64,000 nt of DNA from Escherichia phage vB_EcoP_PhAPEC5. This document shows, piece after piece, positions 37,901 through 46,516 of this stretch. The stretch is from sequence record NC_024786.1; one strand, given 5' to 3'. The notes below the pieces were generated by a model. It worked only from the letters and a program-made list of their open reading frames with translations, was not told the origin of the DNA and did not search any database. The first letter of the stretch is position 1, and each line of letters starts with the position of its first letter. A program made the position numbers and the translations under genes.

Positions 37901-39728
37901 ACATGATGTTGTCATACATCTGGATTGCAGCTTCCATTTGAACGTTAGGGTCTTCAGCAGTATTAACCAAGTCAGCCATCTTCTGAATAGCTTCTACACG
38001 GTTAGTGGAACCAGAAACAGCTTCACGGATTGCCGGATTAGCTTGTTCTAATTCTACTGGGTCAAAGTTCATTGCCTGTGTTAAGTCAGAAGCATATTGG
38101 GTAGCAGCAGCTTTCTCTTCAGGAGAGATGTCCATTGCGTCTACTGCTTCCTGTACAGTCGCCTGTGCTTGCTCTGCTTGAGCAGTAGCTTCCTGTGCAG
38201 CAGCACTAACCGTAGCATCAGCTACAGGGGATGCCTGTTCATTACGCTTAGCAACTTCTTCTCCACGTTGAACCAGGATGTTAGTAATAGGGGAGGCAGC
38301 TTTTGCTAATGCATTACCAACCAGAGAAGCACCAGCCAGGGTAGTACGTACAGTAGGAGCAACGGCAGCACCAGCAGCTTTAACAGTTGCACCAGGAGCT
38401 TGAGCAACTCCAGCACTACCGAAGCCATAGAGTGCACCAAGACCTGCTTGTTCACCGACCCCTTTGAGGGTATCACGGGATGCATCAACATTTTCCTTGA
38501 TTGCAGTGTTCTGTGCGAACTGTCCGAAGCCGGATTGAATACCTTCTTCAACTGTTTCACGCAGCATATTAGAACCAGCACCTGCCAGTGAACCTACCTT
38601 AAGTGGGTTAAGTTCAAAGCGAGATACCAGTGGACCGGTAGCAGCAGCAACTGGAGCAGTTAAGCCAGCAGCAGTGATACCTGTTTCAGATGCAGTCTGA
38701 CGTCGTGCTTCATCAGGAGATAAACCATCAGCAATATGCTGTTGGTAAACAGGAGACTTACTTGCCAATTCTTGATGGGACATCTTCATGATTTCAGAAG
38801 CAGTCTGTTGGTATGCACCACCAGCTTCCATGCCACCGATTGCTACAGCAGGTGCAGCAACACGACCAGCAGAGAGTGCAACCTGTGCAGGACGTGAACC
38901 TAACCCAGCAGCTAAGGTAATACCCTTAACAGCTTTGTCACCACCTACCATTACTTTACCAAGTGCAGATACACCACGAATAAGTGGACCACCAGTAAAG
39001 AGGGAACCAATACCTTCGCTCAATCCGTCGGAAGCAGCCATACCATTATCAAGTGTATTAGCAACAGAATCAAAAGCGTCACGACCAATGCGAGACAAGG
39101 AGGCAACCAAATCACTCTCCCCGTTTTTAATGTCTTCTTCGTAGAGTTTCTGGTTCTCTTGTGCAGTAATCTGGTTCTGATTCTGAACAACTTTACGGGT
39201 AGCAGTCAGTGCATCAGACTGTAGATTGTGTACACCTTCATTCAACCAATCCATCCCGGAAGCAATGGATGCCCCGGCATTATCATTGACCAGACCTGTG
39301 CCAAGAGCAGCAATGCCCCCAAGGGTATTAGCAACACCAAGACCAACACCAGAAAGAGTATCGCCAAATGCTTCTGCGTTAGTACGTTGTTTAGATAAGT
39401 CCTGACGTACAACATCAGCAGCATTAGCTCGGCTATTAATAATCTGTAGACCTTGCTCATTACCATACTTATTAAGGATTTCTAATGGGGAGGCTTGTGT
39501 GAAATCAGCCTGAAGTGAACCTGGTTCGAATGCACCGATTCCAAGATTACCTACTCGTCCAGTCTGGAGATTGTAAGCATTCTCTGGGGTTAATTGGAAA
39601 GGGCTTTGCCCTTGTGCAGCTTGCTTCTGGGAGGTTGCAGTAGAGACATCGACTTGCTTAGCATTAGTGATGCTGTCTGCGAAACCTGCCAGACGGTCAA
39701 ATGTTGACATAGCATGTTTCCTGTTCAA
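28995..39728 (-). CDS. virion-encapsidated RNA polymerase (N4 gp50-like giant vRNAP)
   Basis: Single 3,577-aa ORF at the start of the minus-strand late block; size and position match the approx 3,500-aa N4 vRNAP. Confidence 0.85.
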   Translation of the reverse strand: MNRKHAMSTFDRLAGFADSITNAKQVDVSTATSQKQAAQGQSPFQLTPENAYNLQTGRVGNLGIGAFEPGSLQADFTQASPLEILNKYGNEQGLQIINSRANAADVVRQDLSKQRTNAEAFGDTLSGVGLGVANTLGGIAALGTGLVNDNAGASIASGMDWLNEGVHNLQSDALTATRKVVQNQNQITAQENQKLYEEDIKNGESDLVASLSRIGRDAFDSVANTLDNGMAASDGLSEGIGSLFTGGPLIRGVSALGKVMVGGDKAVKGITLAAGLGSRPAQVALSAGRVAAPAVAIGGMEAGGAYQQTASEIMKMSHQELASKSPVYQQHIADGLSPDEARRQTASETGITAAGLTAPVAAATGPLVSRFELNPLKVGSLAGAGSNMLRETVEEGIQSGFGQFAQNTAIKENVDASRDTLKGVGEQAGLGALYGFGSAGVAQAPGATVKAAGAAVAPTVRTTLAGASLVGNALAKAASPITNILVQRGEEVAKRNEQASPVADATVSAAAQEATAQAEQAQATVQEAVDAMDISPEEKAAATQYASDLTQAMNFDPVELEQANPAIREAVSGSTNRVEAIQKMADLVNTAEDPNVQMEAAIQMYDNIMSMDSFINRDPGALANLEQGSPAAAIVDQFSGLMANVQNTPKVLRAFRAIHSMIQEQAEAGKLKSTEEANQAQANNIAMAADVSPEVLDADSVNMVLKHASEGKITLGNRQRAALQSAAALLQGAREFDAKAEELGLRPQDIVSKQIKTDESRSNEGQYSALQHAKRIRSAYNSGNFDLASAYLSDFMKFAQHMQNKVGALNEHLISGNADKNKSVHYQALSPSREWVRSRTGLGVNPYDTKSVKFAQQVGLEAKTVADIANALATAYPELNVSHVKVTSLDSRLNKPAAQVVKEFRQGGLDATQSQQTNEPVNRVDKSPAPVQEDTTTVQPKAKPVVENKTAPTKETSPKAEEVSTTESETVDAYVKENTISQETLNKYGDRRESPWLFADGTVVGSNGDHISLSDVFGHDGYRDMSLDTGAVRATFYKGSEQPFVSLQLFDNQKLTAEQFNTVQSFVEANNAQILVGVDTSGRNTNNVEKDEVSLAQLKAEYTVGGKPLSEMETVFPVYNNEKTPNQFLKAFALPEEPKSRTIGSESPLADIKQALSSAARFEAFTQKENNALTSDVMKRYQDLMDFGETLKTTLSERLAKFLANKNVGKRFAEGTEANRWVGGKLLNIVEKDGDTFKFNDQLLETAVLAGLQWRLTATQNAAVKDMKDVAAITGVEASLLPEGILAEFENAQTLVEATNSLAQKIESYWGLNRNPNAPLGYTKGIPMAMATEILSSLIEMGEVKESMLDVSEIDPDSNKTVGLYTIEKLDDNDAINKFPTAIEEAVLLEPEEKMYFGDDIPSVAQTQLRNPAVKNTPEQKAALKAEQATEFRVHMPMVNFYEAMGRDNILELMGAGTLNPELLNVNTAKSLEGKNLSVSMAYDSLFGVINQVQEQEAGLDTPIHYGYNMTRVGRMQMLGKNNPQSSKLVREAILPTFSTIDLSNENSQAFSDFQVGLAQALGIKVHNMSREAMSEKLTKALEGNLKPAVDMMVEFDKSGHLPADAVDILKTSLGGDKSFVALMALMEYARYLNSDDRANFNTPLYVEADGVTNGPINAMVLMTGGKFTPDWIKNTAKGGLFFGKAGKTMNEHRSQDDSVDLYEASTNGLQQALNELRTTYRNNVPVMSQMNHLQKIMDLFIKDFNLNEDGTLDLKRGIAKNPLTITIYGSGARGIAGKMVSAITDTIYERFSDVLQARAADPSISPAMAMFGKEAASEADAQAMLDTFLTSMEALTGNVPVMRKGELSIQQVDGALTGKLDPQKFTVSGNALKNLQENMLHLFVEPMRTGIQNTVGDGLMHSTENLQKATQIQSLVLQDMFQQAVQAKLAEKEKDPTWKKGDFLTQKELNEIQESLSPLAPMIETGSQTFYIAGSENTDVANQVLATNLDDRMRVPMSIYAPSQAGVAGIPFMTIGTGDGMMMQTLSTMKGAPKNTLKIFDGMNIGINDITDASRKANEAVYTSWQGNPIKNVYDSYAKFMKNVDFSKLSDETKQAIAKSALEYDQREGATDDLLRVGAEQIERNLRNIALGVDIRHKVMNQVQTTVDQMAAVGAPYVNNGKISLEGLTVDQQVAKLNELFDAELNKRRDAVRAAKAEPVKEVPAMEQVGRVLKSGVRLLSNTAITKLAKEMSPEQQAVLKEVQNSLAAKDYKVVYGTPAQLDAYAIEKNITRPAPEDIEAAEAGNAYGWTNFDDKTIYLVTPSLETLVHELVHASTFESVLAHYEGTPNEAVQNIEDLMNQFRTLDVKDESPAVREAYADALNTINGHLSNGFIEPAMAKAAALNEYMAWGLTNRELIGKQKKTTALKTMVQSVYEAIKRLVFGRKKAPANADDMFSGLLFNSSVVMRGQAPTAAVSKDTTLFHNKAYGDNNRLEELGKTFDKLITNYIGSEPVQQVIRKGKFSDAVVNATKVTRDVQAHGFTMNMQEQRLFTNIVAALATEAAISPAALSRAQEYYAHVTKNLTVESFMADPDSTNPADRYYAQQKFDTIMGANNIEFDAQGRSSLLPTFVALAMVSEDVRNVLVDIPVMKADKQSGNTVDAMLTNIGTAAMASLNARVAGDTKATNVQEGMDALAQTIMQTSLNAQSFYDSVATPSGNAIDRANQYLVDSIDALSTRALESAREVAANTKNPLVKGAAHAAQLVAAIATEKNGAIVAEGVMAAMNQGKVWQPFHDLVNDLTGRTKSNASVYDLIKAVRAQVQADRQQFREHLPTTIASKFSRKLTNDEWKAMHTGMGKTDLAVLRDTMSLAEIRDLLSDQKIVDREVNKLEADLQKQAGRNWPLINRKSKQLAQYMINGTVGNNLLRNATAISRMLGERQAARSTVDVAQLDKLITLYALEAMNKSDREMLSSLAQTEVDGMDFATSYLVGQRKDEMAKAKSDMRATLNQYKGHIPSENKQGVNLIVAEDNQFADLIEKSYVRLGTYQGSSANRGPARSYYFAPVQAQAPFSQGILQNVRDTAGGVDLGTGFTMGSMVAGRITDKPSVDRITKALARGERGNEPLLPVYDDKGNVVAYEQSIDPNMLKHIEGENHLARAIGIWRGRQVEEAKAQRFNDMLIENLHSMYENDIKMSASNKSQYVNLLGSKLDPVTADALKLMNSETRQKAESLFGEGELWVRRDMLNDALGYRAASVGDAWSGNSRWSPETLDTFKKAMLGVFGNRAYKYTMGGENLVQNLVKEAKTLIVVKSVVVPAVNFLANLYQMVARGVPVKNIAKSIPQKTAEINQYLKSRLRQVDAEAELRAATNPNQIRKLKAEIQSITDSHKRMSIWPLLEAGEFSSIADAGIGRDDILITEGKLHEYMDKLADKLPKSVRTAGRYALITKDTALFQGIQKTVEYSDFIAKAIIYDELTQRKGKTREEALGRVTEEFVNYDRLPGRFRGYMESVGLMWFYNFKIRSAKVAVSMIRNNPVHAAMAMLAPTPTMFGNVGLPIQDNIFSIAAKGSLDYSWGFGQGLRAHNLNPWMNLVN

Positions 39729-39813
39729 ACTTATATCGTATATAGGTAACTTACTCTACAGTAAGCCTGTGAAAGAAAAAAGCCCCGTAGGGCTTTTATT
39801 AGTATGAAGTATT

Positions 39814-41769
39814 TTAGCGAGGTTGCATATACTCAGGTAAACCTTGAGCCTGACGTAAGTATCGTGCAGCACGTTCTTCATCTTCCTTAGCTCGTGCTCG
39901 GTCCACACTAGACTGTGACTGGAAACCTCTTGGAGCCAGGTTAGCTGGGTCTGCTTGCACTTGTCCCTGTGCTGCTTGAAGCATTGCAGCAGCTTTAGTA
40001 ACAGCTTCCTGACGTGCAGGTAACAGTGCAGTAAGGCCACTCTGCCCAGTGTTAATCTTGTTTTGGGTATTTGTCAGTGCAGCCACAGCAGCATCATAAG
40101 CAGTCTGTGCTGCCTGAATGTTCTGTGCAGCCTGTGCGCGACCAAGGTTACGCACACTACCTTCCAGTGGTTCACCTCGTTGTACACCCTCAATTAACTG
40201 TTCTACCTGACGGTCATTAAGACGCATACCATTACCAGCTTCATTGGTAATGAATGGGTTAACCGCATCAATAGCACGGCTAATGTATCCTTCAGGTACG
40301 CCAGTCTGTGCACGCTGCATAACAGCAGCAGCCATAGCCGGTGACATATTCCCACGTTGGGAAATATCAGTCAGTCGGTTCAGTACCCAGTTACGGTCAG
40401 CACCTTTAAAGTCACCTTCCAACAGACGGTTAGCAATCTCACCTACTGGGGTATTATCAGTGACTGTACCAAGGAAGTCAGTGTTAAGACTGCCGGTGTT
40501 ATCCTGCATAGAACGAGTACCAATCATACCTTGAGCCAAGGTAGATACGGCTTGGTTGCCTTGTGCAGTCTGTCGCATAGCCAATGGATTAGCACCAACT
40601 TCTGCTTGTGCAATAATTGGTTTAATCTCTTCCCATGACATGTCTTTATAAGCACCGACACCAGCATTAGGGAGTGCAGCCCAAGTATCTTTAAGGTTGC
40701 CATTCTTACGCTGTTCGAAGATAGCCTTACCAATCTTATCCTGGTTCTCAGCAGAAAGAGGCTGGCTTTGCCAATCTGAACCAAGAACTTTGGGAGCGAA
40801 GTCTTGCAGAGTAGCTTGGTTAATCTGGAATGCACCAACAGGTGATGCACCCTGGTTCGTCTTCATACCTTCCTGGTGCTTAACTACATCCCCAATACTC
40901 ATTTGAGTAATAGGGGTAGAAGTACCAGCAAACTGGTAAGTAACATCATAAGGGGAACCCTGACGTGTACCAGCAGTACCTGGAGCAGAAGCAGCACCCA
41001 CACCATTCCCATATACACCAGGATAAGCACTAGCCAGTAATCCCTGCAAACGTGCCTGTGCAACCGGGGACAGGTTCTTACTATATGCTTCTGCCAACAG
41101 ACGGGCATCATTAGGGTTCTCAGCACCACGGGTAATCTGTGACATTACACCCATAGCTGCCTGACTGTCAGCATCATTACGTTGAGCCACACCCAAGTCA
41201 AAACGGTTCTGTGCCTGATTAATAGCCTGACCACCCTGACCTTGAAGACGACCCATCATCTCCAGTTGTTGGTCAGCAGGAAGTGCAGACAGTGCCTCAC
41301 GAGTCTGCCCCAATGCAGCATTAATACGGTTCTGGTCACCGGACTGATAAGCCTCAGATAGCAAACGAATAGCAGGAGAAGCATTATCTAATGCAGAGTT
41401 AGTATCCTGTAAACGACCAAAGCGATATGCATTGTAGTCATTGGTTCCCTGCTGGCCTTGTTGGGTCAGTAATGTACCTGCTCGTTCATCCAGGTTTTGG
41501 AGGGTACGCTGATTTACCAGTGAAGGGTCAACCCCCTGAAACAGAGCACCAGATGCCAAAGCATTACGGTACTCATTCGGGTCTTGGTACTGCATAGCAT
41601 TCATCATGACGGCATTGCCAGCCTCCTGCTTGGCAGCGTTCTGGAAATTACCCAGTGCATCACTTAAGCCGGAGGTGGCGTTACCAATCATGCTGCCAAA
41701 TGTGCGAATGCTGTCACCTACTCCAGAGAAGTTAGGTGCATCAACATTACGCCATGTAATTTGAGCCAT
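39814..41769 (-). CDS. virion structural protein (N4 gp51-like by position)
   Basis: 651-aa Gln/Ala/Gly-rich ORF immediately downstream of vRNAP on the same strand. Confidence 0.4.
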   Translation of the reverse strand: MAQITWRNVDAPNFSGVGDSIRTFGSMIGNATSGLSDALGNFQNAAKQEAGNAVMMNAMQYQDPNEYRNALASGALFQGVDPSLVNQRTLQNLDERAGTLLTQQGQQGTNDYNAYRFGRLQDTNSALDNASPAIRLLSEAYQSGDQNRINAALGQTREALSALPADQQLEMMGRLQGQGGQAINQAQNRFDLGVAQRNDADSQAAMGVMSQITRGAENPNDARLLAEAYSKNLSPVAQARLQGLLASAYPGVYGNGVGAASAPGTAGTRQGSPYDVTYQFAGTSTPITQMSIGDVVKHQEGMKTNQGASPVGAFQINQATLQDFAPKVLGSDWQSQPLSAENQDKIGKAIFEQRKNGNLKDTWAALPNAGVGAYKDMSWEEIKPIIAQAEVGANPLAMRQTAQGNQAVSTLAQGMIGTRSMQDNTGSLNTDFLGTVTDNTPVGEIANRLLEGDFKGADRNWVLNRLTDISQRGNMSPAMAAAVMQRAQTGVPEGYISRAIDAVNPFITNEAGNGMRLNDRQVEQLIEGVQRGEPLEGSVRNLGRAQAAQNIQAAQTAYDAAVAALTNTQNKINTGQSGLTALLPARQEAVTKAAAMLQAAQGQVQADPANLAPRGFQSQSSVDRARAKEDEERAARYLRQAQGLPEYMQPR

Positions 41770-41781
41770 GATGGGTTCCTA

Positions 41782-42246
41782 TTAACGAGTTAGTTTATTA
41801 GCTGCAATGTAAGCATCAGCCGAAGACTGGTCACGATTCTCTGCTGTAGCACGACTACGAGCACGGTCTTCCAGTGCAGTGTTATAAGACTTAATCTGGT
41901 TATTCAGGTTAGTGTTAGTAACACTCTTAGTGAAGTTCAACTGGTCTTTGGCTAACTTGTTAGCCTGGAAACCACCGTAGATATTCGCTAAGGAACCAAT
42001 TGCACCAAGTCCTAGTTGGAAAGTAGGTACGTTCATACCCAACTGATTAGCTGAACCAGATAAGAAGGAAGTTGGGGAAGCCACTCCTGTACCTGCATTC
42101 ATACCAATAGCTGCACCTGGGTTATAGTTCATAGCTGGGGTATTAAAGTTCTGATTGTTATTAGACATCCAAGACATAGCAGCTGGCTGTGGGGTTTGGT
42201 TGCCTGTTAAGAATGACAAATCCATGGGGATTCTCCTGTTAAACAA
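41782..42246 (-). CDS. virion structural protein (putative)
   Basis: 154-aa Asn/Gly-rich ORF in the structural operon. Confidence 0.35.
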   Translation of the reverse strand: MFNRRIPMDLSFLTGNQTPQPAAMSWMSNNNQNFNTPAMNYNPGAAIGMNAGTGVASPTSFLSGSANQLGMNVPTFQLGLGAIGSLANIYGGFQANKLAKDQLNFTKSVTNTNLNNQIKSYNTALEDRARSRATAENRDQSSADAYIAANKLTR

Positions 42247-44893
42247 GGTCAGTATTAAGAGTCATATCAGAGTAGCTGCCAACCATGTTTAAAGACATGT
42301 CAGCTATATCCGAACCAGTCATGAGAGTACGTGATAGAAATGAATCCATCGACTCCATTGACACAAATTGCATAGGGTCAATTACACCCTGTCCAGCAGT
42401 ACCAAACATTTCTTCATACTGCTTATTAATTGCCATCATATCAGTATTGTACTGCTGCATTACATTCTCTGCTTTCTGAATAGTAGCAGCCGTGGATGCA
42501 TTAATATACTGACTAATGCCGTTACCTACTGAACTTGTAAGCTGCATGATGTTTTGGGCATTCATCATTTCACTGGCTAAGGTAGATAAGGATGTACCGG
42601 TAGACAGAGCAGTACCAACGTTCATAGCCACCATAGAAGCAACAGCAGCAATGATAAAACCTAGCTTATCACCAAACAGTGAAGTGGATACTTTAGTGAT
42701 AATAGATACCAGAATCATTGCAGCAATGGCGTTTGCTACAGCACCTACTATTACAGCAGCTAACCCAACAAAACCAAGTGATGCACCAACTGCACCGTAT
42801 GCTCCTAGGATACCTGCACCACCAGCACCCATAGTGAATACAGATACAACCACAGCAACTACAACAACCACAATCTTAAAGGCAGATGTCGTATACCACT
42901 TCTGCTTAACCTTCTTATATGAGTTCATCACTAAGTAGGAACAAGCAGTAGAAAGTTGAGTACTACGGGTCAGTGACATCGAACGGTAGATGTTAGTGTG
43001 TAGTGGGATAATGAACCCACTCTCTTCTGCATCACCCATTGCTTCGGCAACATCAATGCTTACTGACTTATTTTTATATACCCTGTTGTTGTGGTTTAGC
43101 CCCAGTACCCTAAGTTTACGATAGGTGTTGTTACCGTCCTGCCAGAGCAACTCATACTCCTGCATAGAATAGAACGTAGTGGTAACTTCCAGTTTCTTAG
43201 TCGAACCAGAGTTACTGGCAGTACGTATATTCTTGCGAGTAAGAGTTATATCCCCTGCATATCTGGCCCGAAGTTGTCCTTGCTTAGCACCAGACCATGC
43301 TTCACCGGAATGGGTAGTTTCAGACACATAGTTCCAACCAATGGTCATGTCGTATTTGTACTGCTTATTACTATGTACCCTAAACTCTCGCTTAGGTATA
43401 ACGGGGTATTCTGGCAAGGGTGGGGGTGTTCCAACAATTTGGCCTTCCTGTCTGTTCCACCATTCTACATATGCATCGACTGCATCGTTTGCTGCCTGAT
43501 AACCTGCAATCACTGCTTCCAGTGTGGGGTAGGTTGGGTCAGGTGGAAATGCTTCAGTAGCCATCTGAAAGAAACGGTAAATGTATTCCTTAGCAGTATC
43601 CTCTGGAGTATTAAGGGATACACCGAATGTGCCATAGATGTACTGAATATCACCTATGTCGTCATTCTTCTTAAGCTCGGTTACTACTTTATCAAGCTTA
43701 CCACCCGTAGCTTTATAGAGTGCCTTCTTACAGTGGGGGTAGATTGGGCCATTCTCTACCCATTGTTTATCATTCCTGATTGGGATAAATGGATAGAATC
43801 GGTTATCAGTAGCTTCAGTTTCAAACAGTGAATCGAGTGCAACGTTACCAGAGTTCTGCTTATAGATAAGCATCTTAGGAGTACCAACAGCAGTCATCTC
43901 AGTATCAGTACGAGTAGTCTGGGATGAGTACTTACGAACCAGTGTCTCTGTAGTTGTAGTAATTGTATCAGTGCGAGTAACACCTCCACCTAAATCAACT
44001 ACATTGGTAGTTACAGTAGTACTGGATTGAATCTCACCAAACTTTGTATGAGTCATTACCCTGTCAGATACAACTACAGTTACATCGTCAGGCTTCTCAG
44101 TGAATCCTCTACGGTAAACCTTAACGTAGGAGTTCCAGTTATCCACACTTGGTTCAGTAACAGTACTATCTTCATCCGGTCTACCATCAGAGTAAACAGA
44201 ATGAGTCTGTATAGTCTTAGTAAGATTGGCTGTATTAGCTGTCGTATCACTTGAGATGGTAGTCCACAACAAAGTAGATGGTAAGTCATCTTCACTATCG
44301 TAGACAGTAGTCGGACCTACTACCGGTGGATTGATGGTAGGGGACTTATAGAATGAGTAATCAGCATAGAGATACAAAGCACCTGGTTCAAAGTTAGTAG
44401 GTGTGAACGTAATGGTAGAACCACCATCCAGGGAGGTCATAGTAATTTCATTGGTATCTTCGTCAATGTCTACGTCGAATCGTTCCATGATTCGACTTGG
44501 GGCATTCTCATAAAGATACTGGTCACACCATTGTTCAAAGTCAGCAAAGCCAATCTCTGCTGCCTGAACATAGACTGATTCTCCAGCAGGTGGGGTAATT
44601 TGACCCTCTATAACAGTAGGATCAATCTTAGCCAGTACACCTAAAGAAGAACCAGCCATACCAACTTCTGAGTCATAGTGGTTCTTACTCCAGCTAGAGA
44701 ACAGTCGCATACGAATACCCGGTCCATTCAGATAACTATCAGAGATAGTGTCTGCCATAGTGAAGCCTGTATCAGCAACAATCTTACCGATGACTACAGT
44801 CTTCATATAGTTTGGACGTTTGTGTATATCCCCTGCCATGTTATAGACAGAAGATGCTACGTATACTTTGGTCTTCCCACTGAATAAGCCCAT
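42239..44893 (-). CDS. large virion protein with C-terminal multi-pass hydrophobic region (putative ejection/channel protein)
   Basis: 884 aa; C-terminal Gly/Ala/Val-rich transmembrane-like block (VVVVAVVVSVFTMGAGGAGILGAYGAVGASLGFVGLAAVIVGAV...). Confidence 0.4.
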   Translation of the reverse strand: MGLFSGKTKVYVASSVYNMAGDIHKRPNYMKTVVIGKIVADTGFTMADTISDSYLNGPGIRMRLFSSWSKNHYDSEVGMAGSSLGVLAKIDPTVIEGQITPPAGESVYVQAAEIGFADFEQWCDQYLYENAPSRIMERFDVDIDEDTNEITMTSLDGGSTITFTPTNFEPGALYLYADYSFYKSPTINPPVVGPTTVYDSEDDLPSTLLWTTISSDTTANTANLTKTIQTHSVYSDGRPDEDSTVTEPSVDNWNSYVKVYRRGFTEKPDDVTVVVSDRVMTHTKFGEIQSSTTVTTNVVDLGGGVTRTDTITTTTETLVRKYSSQTTRTDTEMTAVGTPKMLIYKQNSGNVALDSLFETEATDNRFYPFIPIRNDKQWVENGPIYPHCKKALYKATGGKLDKVVTELKKNDDIGDIQYIYGTFGVSLNTPEDTAKEYIYRFFQMATEAFPPDPTYPTLEAVIAGYQAANDAVDAYVEWWNRQEGQIVGTPPPLPEYPVIPKREFRVHSNKQYKYDMTIGWNYVSETTHSGEAWSGAKQGQLRARYAGDITLTRKNIRTASNSGSTKKLEVTTTFYSMQEYELLWQDGNNTYRKLRVLGLNHNNRVYKNKSVSIDVAEAMGDAEESGFIIPLHTNIYRSMSLTRSTQLSTACSYLVMNSYKKVKQKWYTTSAFKIVVVVVAVVVSVFTMGAGGAGILGAYGAVGASLGFVGLAAVIVGAVANAIAAMILVSIITKVSTSLFGDKLGFIIAAVASMVAMNVGTALSTGTSLSTLASEMMNAQNIMQLTSSVGNGISQYINASTAATIQKAENVMQQYNTDMMAINKQYEEMFGTAGQGVIDPMQFVSMESMDSFLSRTLMTGSDIADMSLNMVGSYSDMTLNTDLV

Positions 44894-44894
44894 A

Positions 44895-45737
44895 TTAGTT
44901 CAGCCCATTGTTAGACTTCAGCTTGGTCAGAATGGTATCAATACTTGCGTTAGTGAAACCATTAGGTGGGTTCAAGCCTTCATCAATAGTCTTCTGTGTA
45001 ATCCATGCATCAGTAAACAGCTTAGATGCTTTAACTTCTGCATCTCGTTGGTAAGAGGTAATCTGCTGAGAGTACAACTCTTTCTGCTTACCTACAGAAC
45101 CAGTAACAGTAGCTCCATCGCTTCGGGTATCCAGTGTCTGTGCACGCTGTGCTTCAGTCTGCTCAGTAATCAGTTTAAGCTGTTGAGGTAACATCTGGTC
45201 AGCGTTAAACAATGCAGCACAGTATGTTTCAGACTCAGTAGCAATCTTCAGTTTAGTAAGGGCATATTCACTCTTAGCAGACAGTGCTTGTACCTTAGCC
45301 AGTACAAACTGTGCTTTAGACGTTGCCAGTTGAACACGTGCAGTAACTGCCTGAATCTGTGCCATAGCAGCAGCCCAGTATGCTTGGTCACGACCAAGTA
45401 AGAACTGAACAGCATTACCCATGCACGTTTCCATCATAGCAATATATGCTTTGGTATATTCACCACCGGTAATACGGTTAGCTTTAAACTCAGCTTTAAG
45501 GTGATTGTGTGCAGATTCCATTAATGCATCAAACGTACCACTTCCACCTACTTCACGGGTAGTAAGTGATTCATTTGTTACTTTAGTAATAGCATCAAAG
45601 ATTGGGGAATTATCACCACCAGGGATATCCCATTCAGGACCGGACATATCAATATCAGGGAGGGTAAAGTCATCACCCTTAGTTAACTCTTCTAGGAGTC
45701 GGTTAGCTTCTACCTCAGCAGAACAAGACATAATCAT
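44895..45737 (-). CDS. virion structural protein (putative)
   Basis: 280-aa ORF in the structural operon; coiled-coil-like Ala/Gln-rich centre. Confidence 0.35.
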   Translation of the reverse strand: MIMSCSAEVEANRLLEELTKGDDFTLPDIDMSGPEWDIPGGDNSPIFDAITKVTNESLTTREVGGSGTFDALMESAHNHLKAEFKANRITGGEYTKAYIAMMETCMGNAVQFLLGRDQAYWAAAMAQIQAVTARVQLATSKAQFVLAKVQALSAKSEYALTKLKIATESETYCAALFNADQMLPQQLKLITEQTEAQRAQTLDTRSDGATVTGSVGKQKELYSQQITSYQRDAEVKASKLFTDAWITQKTIDEGLNPPNGFTNASIDTILTKLKSNNGLN

Positions 45738-45807
45738 TCCTCTTGGTTCAAAAAGAAACGGCCCACGGAGTTACCCCAGTGAGCCGTGTTGAACTGTAGC
45801 TTATACG

Positions 45808-46449
45808 TTAATCGTTCAGGCTACCAGCAGCAATCTGTGCTTGAGCCAGTTGAGCCAATTCTGCTTCAGTCAGCGGAGGCAATACTTCAATGGAGAACTC
45901 GCGTGCTTCTGTTGCACGGATATCTGGTAAGCCATTCTTACCTTTACGGGTCGTAATGTTGATGAATTTACGCTCTTTAAGGAACTCGTAGATACAGTAC
46001 GGAATATGATAACCATTGTCGGTGACTTCACCGAATGGAACAAACTTACGTACAGTACCCATATATTCGTTAGCTACGGTGATAATCTCACCCGGCAGGT
46101 CTTTCTTCTTAGGATCAAGGTTCTGGATACGTACACGAATCAGTCGAGTCTGTTCTGCACGAATCTTCTGACCCAGGGTCATTTTCTTAACACCAGCTTC
46201 TTGTTTTTCACCCAAAGGATTAACAGCGGCTTCTGTTGCCTCTGGTTCATCACTTGCTTGTGCAGCTTCAATCTTCTCACGGAGCTTCTCAACGGAGATG
46301 TTGTTAGAAAACTTAATATTCATCAACGTTGCACGTTGCTTAAGAACATCAAGTTCGCTAGGCATTGCAATATCGTTAACGGTATCTTCGTTGCCCTGTA
46401 CGTCCAGTTCTACGTCAGCGGTCGGTTTATCGTTAATGCTCATGTTCAT
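45808..46449 (-). CDS. hypothetical structural protein
   Basis: 213-aa ORF just upstream of the capsid gene. Confidence 0.35.
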   Translation of the reverse strand: MNMSINDKPTADVELDVQGNEDTVNDIAMPSELDVLKQRATLMNIKFSNNISVEKLREKIEAAQASDEPEATEAAVNPLGEKQEAGVKKMTLGQKIRAEQTRLIRVRIQNLDPKKKDLPGEIITVANEYMGTVRKFVPFGEVTDNGYHIPYCIYEFLKERKFINITTRKGKNGLPDIRATEAREFSIEVLPPLTEAELAQLAQAQIAAGSLND

Positions 46450-46516
46450 ATTTCCTGTGGTTCAATTAGTTTTGTTAAGAGGGGGACTTATGTCCCCCTT
46501 GTTTTATTTCAGACTA

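Noticed and set aside
30222-38591. Numerous 60-140 aa ORFs on the + strand inside the vRNAP region (e.g. 30222-30551, 34173-34580, 37080-37496, 38788-39144)
   Set aside because: All are antisense to, and fully embedded in, a single uninterrupted 10.7-kb minus-strand ORF; low-complexity translations and no RBS context. Treated as frame noise.
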